DNA of 64,000 bases, taken from assembly GCA_002269645.1 (NCBI GenBank), contig NIVC01001854.1, positions 57,346 to 121,345 of the forward strand, in the 5' to 3' direction. Below the pieces are notes generated by a model. That model saw only the letters and a list, made by a program, of their open reading frames with translations. It had not been told where the DNA came from and searched no databases. The position numbers and the translations under genes are program-made. Shown piece by piece: positions 49,975 through 63,190 of this stretch. The number at the start of each line of letters is the position of its first letter. Within the stretch, counting starts at the first letter, position 1. The stretch comes from Macrostomum lignano (lineage: Eukaryota).

Positions 49975-52900
49975 CTAGCCAATGGGCGTTGGCTGGCGTT
50001 TGGAATACTGGGCGTGGCGCCAGGATTCACCGCTGCCATTGCTGTTTCCAGACTGTTGAGCCGTCTGCTCTCCGTTCCACGGGCTCTTGTCTCGGTAGAT
50101 GTTCAGATTTCGATTCTGTTGGCATTCGATTTTTTGTTTCTTTGTCCAATTTTTTTGTTAATTTTTTGGAGTGAACTGATCACTTTAATAGCTCAGTAAC
50201 ATGCTAAACGTTCTTCACTGATCCTTGAAGTGAACTTCTACCCTATTCACCGGTCCTACAGTGACTTTCTGTAACCCCCACTCACTGGCTTAGCAGTATT
50301 CTGTTGCTTTGAAGGCTGCGGGTGCCTGGCTCTGGTCTCCGGCACCGGCTGCACAGAATCCGGAGCAGCGCTGGGAGCTGAAAGCTTGGTCACCAGTGCC
50401 CAGATACATTACTCAATGCCAGAATTGAGACCAGCATCAGACCGGCGAGTGCCAGCACTGCTATTCCCCAGGGTGTCTGGTACCACGGAGTTGAAGAGGC
50501 GGCTGCTTCCGCGTACCTGGTAAGGTGGGCAATATTTTGAAGTGGTACTTTTGTTATAAAATACTCGTAGCAAATATTGTTGGTGGAGCTTAATATGGGT
50601 TTCTGTGGTGCTTAATATAGGTTTCTGTGGAATTTAAATGGGTTTTCTGTGAAGGTTGATATGGGTTTCTGTGGAGGTTAATATGGGTTTTCTGTGGAGG
50701 TCAATATCGGTTTCTGTGGTGGTCAATATCGGTTTCTGTGGTGGTCAATATGGGTTTCTGTGGAGCTTAATATGGGTTTCTGTGGCTTAATAACAACTAT
50801 GACACCCAATTCGGTATTTTCAGATCCCAACAAACTCATAACTGTGTGAGGCCGGACTCGTACCCCTCAACCTTGACAACCGTGGCGGAGGAGAACGCCG
50901 CAGTCTGCAGCATCGCAGTCGGAGTTCCGTCAGTATTCAAACGCCAAAAGGTGAGCAAATCTGATTGCGGTACAAAATCTTTGGCCAGCGACATGCCCGA
51001 TGCCGCGTCGGTGGCGTTGTTCTGCACGCAGTAGTGGCAGGCCACGACTTCGGAGCTTGCGGTAGTTGAATTATCGAGGAAGGGATTGGTTTTGAAATTT
51101 GTAGTATAAAAATTATGCATTGAAGAATAAAATGGATGAGAATTTAGCAAAGACGAAGACCATTTATAGTTTAATGGATTATTGGGTAATAGAGACGTAG
51201 CTGGTTTTTAGAAAGTTATTAAGCATCTCACCTCTGGGCAGTGTATTTCCAAGTGGCGCACCTACAAGTGGCGTACTTGAACTGTATAGTTTCAGCTAGA
51301 GCAGTCTCTATGGCAGCCTGCTTAGCCTGGAAGCCAGACTCTAGCAACGAGTAGGTGATGCAAACCGCTGTTTCAGTTGGATCGAAAGTGTCGATTCGAA
51401 CCGTTGCCGTGGAAGTGACCGGCGGCGTGCCAGAGTCAATGGCTACCGGGTACTGAATGTACTTTGAGTAGCGAGATGTACTCTGATCCTGGGCGGGACT
51501 GACTACTCCAGTGAGCTGTCCAATCACGAAGTTGGTGCTCAGTGAGCCCCAGTTGTAGTGGACATCTGATCCTGTGACGTCCCTGTCTGTGGCCGAGAAG
51601 GTTGCTAGGGTCAGGGATGTCCGCTGCTCCCTGATCGGGGTATAATGGGACGGGTTCTCGTAGTGCGTTTCAAAAAGTTCACATCGTCGAAAGGAATAAC
51701 CTTCCTAAAGGAAGGCGGACACTGCGGTACGATTCACATAAAATGCTCCTACTCATGTACCCATGCTAGCGTTATCATTTGCATCAGTTTTCATGTGTAA
51801 GGTTGCTTTTTTATGCGTCAGGGTGCCAGGGCGCTACTTTGAGCGTCAGGAGTCAGGGGTCTAGCGGAAGTGCAGGCAAGGAAGGCTGCTTCCTTACGAT
51901 GTCACCCTTGGATGTCGCCAGATGCGTCGCTGTTGCTGTCAGGGGAGTCAAACATATTTGAGTATTTATTAATATGGGGGGTCGTCCCCCCATGGCGCGA
52001 ACGCAGCGGACTCATTTACAGTGGCTGAGCACAGCCCTCAGACAAGAGCAAATACGCTCATAAATACGCTTTAATTATCCGTATCCAGCATCGCGCCCAT
52101 TCCCATTTTCCGGACAAGTGGTTGCTAACCGCTAGGCTAGAGTATATACATATATACGAATCAACCTGGTTGTTGGCGCAATTATCGTCGTCCTTTTATA
52201 GGGAGGCAGGCAGACTCTGCCCAACCGCCGCCCGGGTGCAGTCCTTGTTGCACTTTAGGACGCATCTTTCCCTCTTCTCTCTCCTCTTCGCGATAAATAG
52301 TTTCGCTACTCAGCTTCGCTAGACTCGGCTGGATGAGCAGTCCATCCCTTCCGTCCAGGAGTGTATTATAGTCTTTCCATTCCTCTGTTTCACTAAGAAT
52401 TTCCCGGGTCATTTTTTCCCTAAACTCACTTCCAAACCGTCCGGGCAGGAGTAGGGGAGGGGTTGTAGGAAGGTATATGCAGTATACGAGTCCTGGTAAG
52501 AGCTGGCAATCTACGAGCTACGCTCGTAGTAAGAAGAGTAGCTCTAGGATTTCATCATTGGCTTTCTGGCTACTTCTAATGTATAACTCATAATGGCTCA
52601 TATATATATTATTATTCTGGCATCAATATACATACTTATCGGAAAAAAGAAAGAGGGAGACTGGCACGAGAGGGGTAGGCGAGTTGGTCTGGTCCAATAA
52701 ATGGTTGGTTGAGCCTGCTGCATCCCGTGCCGAGTTCATCTCTATTCCACTTCTTAACCCTCTTATGAGGCCGTAAAGCTCTTGTCCCAAATATTGAATA
52801 GCTAACTGACATCCGCTTGGGGAAGGGTTTAGAGACAGCGGAAAGGCAGCTTCTGCTTCCCAAAATGATTGCTTTCTCTACTGATTGAGTATTGGAGAAG

Positions 52901-55900
52901 CTGCTCGGGATGACAAGGAGAGGGCAGGGAAATGAGACACTAGTAGGAGACAGTTGGACGGCTACAAAATAAAGAGAACATTTCTAAGCTTCATTTGGCA
53001 GCATAAAAAATCAGACTCTCCTCAAAACTTGATTGATGAACCACTAGTCCGCTAGTTTGCTGGGATTCCATGGGTGCTGGCGCGGCAGAATTCCCACACG
53101 TGCTCATGGGGAATTACGCAAACACAATCACTGCCACTCACTTGTAAGCCATCTCGGTGCTGATGAAAGTTTTAGCAAACGTTGGCGCATTGTCGTTAAC
53201 ATCGTTGACAGTGACTACTGCTCGCGTTGACGCCGTCTGCACCGGGCTGCCTTTGTCCTCGGCGATGACATAAAATTCCAATGACGCGTAGGTTTCCCTG
53301 TCGATTGGAGTTTTCACAGTCAGGATTCCGGATGTTGCGTTTAGCTGAAATTTCAGTGCAGTGTTTTTGTCTTATAATTCCGATATCTACGGAGTATCAG
53401 CAGCCAATGGTGAAAATGGTGTATGCTACCTTCTAAAACAACTATAATAGGAACTATTCAATGGCAGAAACAGACCTGAAAGTAACTAGCAGCCAATGAT
53501 CCATTCAATCTGGTTGAATCAATTCGATACAGGGCAACAGCGTTGTCGCCAATGTCGCGGTCAGTTGTGGTGAACGTCACAACTTTAGTACCTGCAGGCG
53601 AGTTCTCGGTAACGGATATGCCAGTGTCATAAGTTGCCGTAAACACCGGTGGATTATCATTAACGTCGGTAATAATTATTGTGACTGTGCCAGTGCCAGT
53701 TCTCTTCAGAGCTATGCCATTGTCTATGGCCAATAGTCGCAGCTGATAGGTGTCCCAAGCTTCTCGATCTAGGGAACCAACTTTCACTTGGATTTGACCT
53801 GTCAAGAATTAAAACAAGAGTCATTGTAAGAGTCGAGAATATTGTAAAGAAAGAGTTCTAAGTGGTGCTCGTAAGGCTCCAGAACATATGGACCGCACTC
53901 GACAACTTGTCGACGTGAAATCCCCAGAGCAAAAGGAGGGGACATCAGTCGGTTTGGTCCCCGTTGCTTTTCGAGCTACTTTCATGAGCTCCACTTCCAT
54001 TTTGTAGGAAATCCATCTCCTAATCTTTATTCATTAAGTTCCAAAGCATTTTTAGGGTTATGGAAGATTAAAGATAGGTGCTTTGCCAATTTTTTAAGTG
54101 CTCCATTTGTTCTATTAGCTAAAAATACAGATGAATTTACGTGGCTGTATTTACGGATCTAATGTACTCACCGCTTGTTGGATGAATTTTGAAGTAGTCG
54201 CCGCCACTCGTAGGCACCAACACCGCATCGATTTTGTAAGTGAGCGACGCATTTTCACCGCTATCCGGATCGCTGGCCAGAACAGGCGCTCCAACATTGA
54301 AGTCAACGACGCTATTCTCTGGTACGCTTCGAGAAACTGGCACAGAGCCAAATGTCGGCGTATTATCGTTCACATCGCCAATATTAATGCTGACGGTGGT
54401 GGTTGCCGTTTGCACTCCATCTGCTGTGCCTCGGTCAGCCACCAGTACAGTGATATTGTACGACGGATGAGTCTCTCGGTCGAGAAGACCACCGGAAAAC
54501 AGTGACAGTTGACCGGCATTGCTCATGGTGAAACTATTGGCTGGCGTAAAGTGTACAATACTAAACTCTAGCTCCGCATTGATGCCAATATCTGCGTCAG
54601 TCACCGACAAAGTGTGAAACACGGTTCCTCCAGGTGCATCCTCCGACACCCAGGCGGTGATGGGAAGTCCTCCAAATACGGGCGCATTGTCATTTCTGTC
54701 CAATATGGTGATGTTTAGCAGACATGAGCCGGTGTTTTTCGATGGGCTGCCGTTGTCGACTGCGGTTAAATAGAACTGGTACACACCTTTGGCTTCCCGA
54801 TCTAGCGAAGCTGACGTTTTGATGTTTCCGTTAGAATCCACTTAAATTTGATAACGTTTTGGGGAGGCAAAGTATCAGTTTGATTCAATAGAAAGCGAGG
54901 ACACATCTAATGACAAGATTTGTCCTGTCGTCAGAGCACTTGTTGACCATGAAGCAAGTCGCGCTTGGTTAGTAATAATTATTTTTCAAGAAATAATATT
55001 CCGAAAGTTTTTGAAATACCTGTAAACTTTCCACCAGCGCTGGACGCTCCGCCATCAGCCGTTACTAGCGAGTACAGGCTAATCTGAGCATTCGCATCCT
55101 TGTCTCTATCGGAGGCGGGCAGCGTTGCCACCAGAGTGTTGGTCGGACTATTCTCGTAAACTGTCGCCTCTTTCGGGCAGACACCAAAGCTCGGGGTGTT
55201 GTCATTTGCATCTGAAATTGATTAGTACAGATGCTCGGGTTGGCTTGAATTCTTTGCTTTCCAGACCGAGGATCTCTTAGAATAATGTAATTATCATCTG
55301 TCGGTGCGCCGCTAGCCACATGGGGTCTCAGGCGGGGTTGCTATTGATCTCCACTCGTCATTACCCTTCCTGCCTTTAGTTCTCCCTTCTCGTCGCGTCT
55401 GTCTCGCTCTCCCCATATGCGTTTTGCGAGCTGCCGCGTTAATCCCTAGAGATCTGCATAGATGATTAGAGCGGAGCGACGGTTTCAGATGGTTTCGTAT
55501 TTGCACTCAACCGCACAGCAGGCAGGTTGGCAGGGATAGACTTTGCCCCAGCAGAGGAAACAGCGGGAGCTGGTTCGCAGAATCTGACAGATTTTTCTAC
55601 GAAAAATATGAAAAAACGGACAACCGCACCCAAGTTTGGGGTGTAGAGGTTAGGCAAGTTGAGACTGACTTGCTTGGAGGCTGGAGAGAGAGACCGGTCG
55701 TACTTTACTTCTAATCCAATTTCAGGCAAGAAATCCACTCGTAGGTCGCAGCTATCGCAAACAAGAGGGTAGGCAGGCGCACCGCTCAGTCCTGTCGTGC
55801 CTCTGTACAGACAAGAGTTTATTCCAAAACAGGTGCGTGAGAGAAGAAGCAGGCGGTAGGTGTATTCATCACACTGTTATACTGACTGAATTTCGAATGA

Positions 55901-58900
55901 GCCTTGCCCGTCCATGCATGCTGCAGTGCCTACTAGGATTCGATTTCCAGCGCACACGTTCCGCAAAGAGGCCTAGAACTGGTTCAATATTCCTACGTGT
56001 GCTCATATATTCCCTTTGTTGTTAAGAAGGCCGCATCGTCAAGGAAGCGGAGAGATTAAATTGAGCAGTAACTGGAGTGAAATCTAACCTTGGCCGCCTA
56101 CCGTCTTTCTTTCACGCCAAATCAGGTCGAATACCATTGACTATCTGAAGTGGCTTATACTACACAGGGAGATGTAAAACAGATGTCTACCTGTAGCAGA
56201 TCTGGAGAGCATTTACAAAAGTACATTCCTCAAGCGTGAGCGGGTTTTTGGAGCAACACGTACCTCAATTTAGGATGTGGGAAAGCATACAGATACAGAC
56301 AAGTTGCTAGGGCACTTACAATAGGGCACAAAGGATGCTTCAAGTCGTGGGAAAAAGATCTATTTCCTCCTGAGACAGCTCACAGGATCCAAGGCATAAT
56401 AGAACACAGGGAGTGTTACTTAGATTGTTTGTAGCTGGTTAGGAAAATTAACTTCTCACCCGAAATCACTATGGTAAACAGTTTGCTAGAGCACAGGCTC
56501 GGTGTGCCTCCGTCGCACGCCTTCTCCAGCAGATAGTATGTCTCCAAGAATTCCCTGTCCGGCATCTTCTCGGCCACAATGGCGCCAGTTGCTGCTGAGA
56601 CGCTGAACGCTGGTGAAGTGCCATCGGGCGCCGTGCCAGTCAGCGAGACTAGGCTAAAAGTCACGGAGCCGTTGGCTCCGGAGTCCGGATCGAACACTGC
56701 CGGTGTGTACACAGTCTGCGGCAGGCCTCCACTCAGGGCTTCAGACACCGTTACTAGCATTTTGGTTGGGGGTGTAAGTGACCAAATGGTATGCTTGGGC
56801 TTGGATAATCCGTTTATCATCGCACAGATGACATATCTTCTAATTGTTGAATGTTATCAAAGTCAAACGTTCAAAGTCAAACTATTTAATATTCCATAAA
56901 TAGAAAATTACTGCTACTCGTAGTAGACGACGAAGAGTTTTTTGCACCAAAGTTTTCAGGATGTTTGATTGAAAAGTTTATATTTATCATTTACGGTTGA
57001 CTTAGCTTAATGCTACAAGGCTTCGATGTTTGAAATAGAAGTCAATATAAATTCCAAGTCATCAGCTCACTTACGCGTATAAGTATTTGAAGAGTTCCAA
57101 GTTGGCGAATTGTCGTTAACATCCAGCACAGAAACGGTCAACGTCCAGGTGGCACTCTTCACCGGAGTGCCAGAATCGCGCGCCTCAACGCCTAGCAGGT
57201 ACTTACGGGGACCGAAGTCGCAGTCCAGGACGTTGGCGATTGTGACAATGCCGTCGGTGGGGCCGATGCTGAAGGCTGAGTCGGTGTTACCAGACACGAG
57301 CGAGAACGTTACTAAGCCGCCTGAGCCGGACTGTTTCGAATAAGATGGTACAAAGAGTTCGGCTTTTAAACGCTTTGTCTGCTTTTCGAAGGAATCATTT
57401 GAAGCCTGTTAATGTATGTATATAACAAATGTATTCTTCTAAATTTCTTTTCAGGTACCCTGGACGCCACAACCAGGACTAAGGAAATTCAGCCAATTTC
57501 ACTGACTCCAGAGCACATGCATGTACAAGCGCGTCAATCCTGTACGCAGGCACGAACTCGTACACACGCTCACACAGGGTGTACAGCGGTCCTGACTTTC
57601 TAATCGTCAGGCATGCACACTCTCTACGTGTGAATAGCGCTTTGAGCGCGCATGAGCGCGAACGGAATCGAATTTGGGGTTCTTGGCGCGGAAGTCAGCT
57701 GTGATTACTGATCAGCTACTCTGTACCCTTTTCAAACATGTTAAGCATGCACTCACATCCAGATCCGTGGCATTCACGGTTAGCAGTCTCGTTCCCACGG
57801 CGGTATTTTCAGCTATGGATATCGACGCCGTTCCATAGAACGTCGGTGGAGCTGTGTTCACTTCCAATACTTTGACGAGGACTCGACAAACGGTTGACCT
57901 GGACGGCGAGCCGCCATCAGCAGCCATCACTGTTAGAATATAGCTTGGTGTTGTGCTAGCCTTCAGTGGCGAAGTGCCAGACACTTGAAGGGAATCGCCG
58001 ACCATTTTGATGGGTACTCCGGTCGTGCTAAGCGAGAGGCTTACGGCGTTGTTTGGAGAAGTTGCGTCGGCATCTGTGACGAGACCTTTAAACATAAACG
58101 GAATGGAAAGCCAATGTGCATCAGATTTACATCAATAACCTGAATTGGCCCGTTCATTGAAATTCCGCTACCTTAAGTAATATAGTCACATACATGTACT
58201 AAAATCCCGTTTTCTGGCAAAAGGCTTGATTAAACACAGCCAGCAATAATTCTAATTCATGTATGAAGAACGCAGGGTAACCATAAGATATTTTGCAATT
58301 ACACTTACCAGCAAAAGAAAAGATCGTAGCCCCATCGCTAGCTGTCTCAACTACGGACACTGAGTAGGTCGCCTGCGTAAAACTCGGCAAATTATCGTTC
58401 ACATCTGTCAGAGACACGGTCATGGTGGCCGTAGCACTGCGTCCTGGACCGTCCGTTGCGTTGACCGTCAGCAAGTAGGTTGCAGAATCTTCTCGGTCCA
58501 GATTACGCACGGAACGCAAACTACCGGTAGCTTCGTTAAGAGTGAAGTAACCTTTGTCATTGCCGGCCAGTAGGGCGAATCGAACGGTGCCATGATTTAG
58601 TCCCGTGTCACTGTCTGGTGCAACTACCTGAAAATTTTAACGATTGGTCAAATATTCTGTGTTACTTGATAACACCATGAAGATGGTTAATTAGAGAAGA
58701 AAATATGTTTTTGATATTTTTGACGACAGACTAGCTAGTAAAACAAAAACCCAATCTAATCAATAAAATCTTTAATGAAAGCGCATGGAACAGGCTTGTA
58801 AAATTCTAATATGTGAGCCTTAGAATACGAGATGCTCGTATTTATTACAGCAAGCGTTTTGAAGTAAGACACGAACACTGATAGAAACGCTTCGTTTTTA

Positions 58901-61900
58901 TTCTGAATACGCTCGTACAATCTAAGAAACTTTGAATTTGACTTTTAATACCATGAAGCAAGGTGTTTTGATTAATTAAAGTGAGGCATCGCTAATTGGG
59001 ACGACTTAGAGAGCCCAATTAGCTGCCAGTTAATGAGGCTTCGCAGCACTTGCCTGGCCGACCTGCGCGCCCACAACCAAGTCTTCGCTTACAGTCGTAG
59101 TGAGGCTTGAAGCGGTAATCACCGGAGGAAACTCATTAACTGGATTGACAGAGATGGTGAGCGTCACCGTGAGAATGTTGGCGGTATCCGGACCCTGATC
59201 CGACACGGTTATTTCTAGCACATTGTAATACCGCAATGAGTAGCTCTCGTAATTTATTGCGGCATTGGTGCGTAAAGTGCTTCCAAGAAAATCGTAAGGC
59301 GTTGACGCTGCGGCGCCATCGACCTACGGAAAATCGATTGATAAAATTAGCTCCGTTAGCTATTATGAATATAACTTCAGTTGAAAAAACTACCTTTGCA
59401 ACTAACCTTGCTAACGCTCAGTTTCAACGAGGTTCCTGCATCCGCGTCAGTACAAACAAAAGCCAGGACGTCTTTTGGAAACGAGGGCGACGTTTGATCA
59501 TTTTCGTCGAGAAATACCGTGGTAGTGGAACCGGGTGTTGAACAACTCGCCATGAATTCGTTCACGTTAGTGACAGGAACCGTGAGTGTTAGGGTACCGA
59601 TGCGAGAATTTTTATCGGTTGCGACAACTTTCAGAGTGTGGCTTGTTGCAGTTTCGTAGTCTAGAGTGGCTGTATAAATTAATTGACGAGGAAAGCTGGT
59701 GAAATTCATCGCGTGAAAACATAGTCTACTTAAAATGACTGTGTGGTCGGTCTTTTTATATTAAATGCATTGAGAGTGGCCTATCTAGGGAATATAAGAT
59801 CTATAGGTCGTGCTATGAACCGCCTAGCCTACTAACGAGCAGAATCACGTCAATGCGTACTAATATTTGAGTGACCAAGTAGTGACCACCTAAACGGCCA
59901 GGAAACTTTCAAAGGCGACTGCAGTCTCTTACATGTACATTGTCACCACTTGGACCAATCAGTGAGCGGTATTCAAGCACTCTTGCGATGCTGTCCCCTA
60001 TACCTCCCTCGGCCTCCGCAGGGTTCTGCTTGGACCCAACCACAGGAACATCATGGCGGTCAGCCTTTTCCTCTTATAGCTACCTCTAGTGGAAATCTGT
60101 GGTGGGAATTGCCCATTCTGCTTCTTCGGTGTTGAGCTGCTGCAAGGGGTCCAGGCTCACCTATCTCGGCAATCTCTCTGAAGTTTTCAGGCCCGAGAAT
60201 GTCTGCCAGCTCGTCCGCTATGTAGTGTGAGCATCTTTTGCGATAGCCTTGTATTCTATTAGTTAGGTTTTGCATTATTGTTATTAAATTGTTATTTTGC
60301 TTTAGTTTAGTCATACGTTTTTGGTGTACTTTTTCCTTGTTAGTTAGAATCAATTTTGCGTAAACAGGCTAGAAGTCAGACGCCATTTGTGACTCAGCGG
60401 AGGGTTGAGTTTTGTCTGCGAACCCCAGCTTTGCGCGGCCAGCCAATCAGAACCGGCCTGGACCCTGGCACGCGGCAAGTTTCAATTTTACCCGGCGCCG
60501 CGGGCACAGTGCAATTCGGCTTAAGCAAGCGGCCGGCCAGACGACCACCACCCGGCTTGAGGGGGGTTTTGAGGGGTTGTGACTCTGACTATATATGAAA
60601 GTGTGTTTGGCAATCGGATCTCGCCTTCTCTCCTCTCTTCCCCGGTTTTGTCTTGTCTTGTCTCCCGGCCGGTGGCCTAGCTGTTTCCCTTTGGTTCGCG
60701 CTTTGAGGCGCCTGAATTCATCACCCCCGGTCCATATTTTTGTTCCCGCCCAACCGCTTTAGTCTTGTGGCGTAACGTCTACGGCAAATTCCTGTCTGAA
60801 GTCGTCGCTATCAAGCGCGGTTAGATAGAGACTGTCGGATCTGATCAAGTACGCGGCCTCGACCCCGAGGGCCTCAGTGTTACACTGAAGGGCAGTTCCG
60901 ATAGAATTTAGTCGGTACTCCGTTGAACGGTCGGTTCGGCAGGGCTCTCGTTTTAGTGTAGGTTCTGGCTTAGGCCAGGGGTTAGGAGTCTTTCTCCGTG
61001 GTCCTGTGTTCGGTGCCTCCTTCTTCTCCTTCTTCTTCAAGCTGAGATCCGCTTGTCAGTGCGTAATATAATCATTATTATTAATCGTTATTATTCGTTA
61101 TCATCAGTCTAATTATCTGCGCCGCGAATTTGCTTGAATCCTGTAACTTGAATAATCAAATTAAATCGTCTAGCCAATTATCAGTTGTATCACGTAGGAT
61201 TATCACTCTCTAAATCTTTCGGTTTGTGTTCCCTCGTGTTCTTTATTTTCTTGTACTGTACCTGCGACTATTGGAGAAAGACTGGTAGGACTCGCCGACC
61301 GGCGATAGGCGATTAGGATTAATAGCTTTAAAATCTCCAAACGCTCCAAGTAGGTTTGTCTAGGGCCTAATTAATTGCTCGCCGTGCATGCTATTTATCT
61401 AATTGCCTATTTATCACAGCTACCTAATAGCTACCGGATGAGCGATAATCCAAATCATGTATTTTCTGTAGGGAGACCGCGACCGGATCTCCCTAGCGTG
61501 GTGTCGCAGCATTAGCTGCTCGTGGTCGCCAGAGGTTAGGGGAATGGGCAGCGGCGCCACCCCGCTGTTATCCGGACGTAGCTTAGCCCTCGCCCCCTGC
61601 AGCTAAGTCGAGTAAGTTAACTAGTATTCTACTTATGTCTTGCGCATTCAAAGGATCCACTTTAAAAACGAATACTTTAAGGCACATATCTGCATAGGCT
61701 CTGAGACAATCTAGTGTGTACTGAGCAGTACCAGTTGTATCTACAAGTATGTCTGGATTAAAAACTTTTACAGACTATACTAACCAGCCAGATAGACCTT
61801 TCCTGTAGCTGGATCAATCGAAAAGTTTCCATCGGCCGGACTGATACTAAACACGGGCAGATCCCACTTGTCAACGTGGCTGACAGTTGGCGAATACACC

Positions 61901-63190
61901 AGAGTACCAACAGGCGCCGATTCTAGGACGGGGCTAGTGGTGGCCACGCTCGGAATGAACGCCGGAGCGCCCTCCTCCGCGTCAAGGATGTTAACCTTGA
62001 CGTAACAGCTGGCCGTGTTCGGTCCGGCACCGTTTTCATCCACAGCCAAAATGGTTAGGTTGTAGTAGGTTCCAGGCGGGGTCAAACTTTCGTAATTTAG
62101 ACCGGGAGTAGAGCTGCGCGAAATTGATCCACTCGCTGAGTCGATTTGCAGAAAACTGCCCGTGTTTCCAGCGCCTGAAAAAAGTTTTAACGTTCTGAGT
62201 TTTGAACACTTTGCGTGCTAAAAACAGGCGTCCTTTGAAGACATCCTAGAACCCATTTTAAAGGACACTAGTTTGTTCCCTAGAAGCTGCTCCGAATCTT
62301 ATGTCAGAGGTAATAAACCCAGCACAGGGAGTTTTTGAAGGTTTTAATACGTTAATTAGCTCCCATAGGACTCACTTATGGAGTATTTAATCTTGCCGTA
62401 CAAAGCACTACTGTCCGCATCAGTAGCCGTCGGTTGGGTTCCAGTTGCAACAGTGTTGGTGGCAGCGGATTCCGACAGTTCCAAACTAAAAAGAATGACA
62501 CCTTTTATAAATTAACTAGCACTAATTTGAAAATTAATGCAACAAAATAAATAGGTTACTCGAGCTTACTTGTATGCTCTGCTGCCAAAGACTGGCTTAT
62601 TGTCATTCACGTCGGTAACCAGGATTACAAGCTGACCTACCTAATAAAGCAATAAACTTTGTTTAAAAGGTGAAAATGTCTCATGAAAAGGCATTGGCTT
62701 GGATTGTTCTTACAGTAAGGGAACCACCATCAACTGCCAAAGTGGTAAGCACATATTGCTTAGGCGTAGCAGCAATAATTCGTAGTCAAGCTGCCGCAAC
62801 AGCAAAATTCCTCCCGAGCCGTCAATGCCAAACAGACCGCCTCCGCTAATTGTGACTGCAAAATTTTATAATGCTTATAGGATTTTTCTTTAATAAGATT
62901 AAAAACTTCAGAGCCGAAGCACACGAGCCCGCTTTTATTCACCCGACTTAATGCTGTAGGACTGAACTCCATGACCTCCGGTATCCGTGTCCGTTGCTGT
63001 AAAGCTCGCCAACTTCGTACCGACGGCCGTGCTCTCAGCCACCGATATTGACGTGTTGGCGAATGTTGGCGTCATCTCGTTGACAGGCGTCACGGCGATC
63101 CGCACCGTAGCGTCGGCGGTTCGAGAAAATGTTCGCGGTCCGTGGTTCGCACCGTGAACTCGTAAGAAGTTGTAGTTTCATAGTCAATTG
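49975..63190 (-). CDS. Cadherin-related protein B, paralog of A; 19 exons seen (equivalent to A exons 10-28), 5' part outside the window, three apparent -1 frameshifts
   Basis: The exons align one-to-one with A at the same intron positions and phases. Examples: DENGAGPNTA.C, ACDGG.PSLCS, TGSCLLNITI, PWYQTPWGIA and last exon N.N.NIYRD. Single-base losses occur at about 63134, 62774-62778 and 50409-50410. Confidence 0.88.
50590..50790. repeat. ~22-bp repeat (ATGGGTTTCTGTGGAGGTTAAT)n
   Basis: Intron before the TM exon of cadherin B. Confidence 0.85.
57505..57700 (-). mobile_element. Dispersed copy of the 49560-49815 SINE-like element
   Basis: Shares the body sequence and has a degenerate GGAATCGAA B-box complement. 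Confidence 0.45.
60019..61620 (+). mobile_element. Non-LTR retrotransposon 3' fragment, copy 3, split into 60019-60220 and 61471-61620 by a 1.25-kb insertion
   Basis: GTTTTCAGGCCCGAGAAT.TCTGCCAGCTCGTCCGCTA and GTGGTCGCCAG.GGTTAG...CCCCTGCAGCT.AGTC.AGTAAGT match the reverse complement of 21388-21858. Confidence 0.7.
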
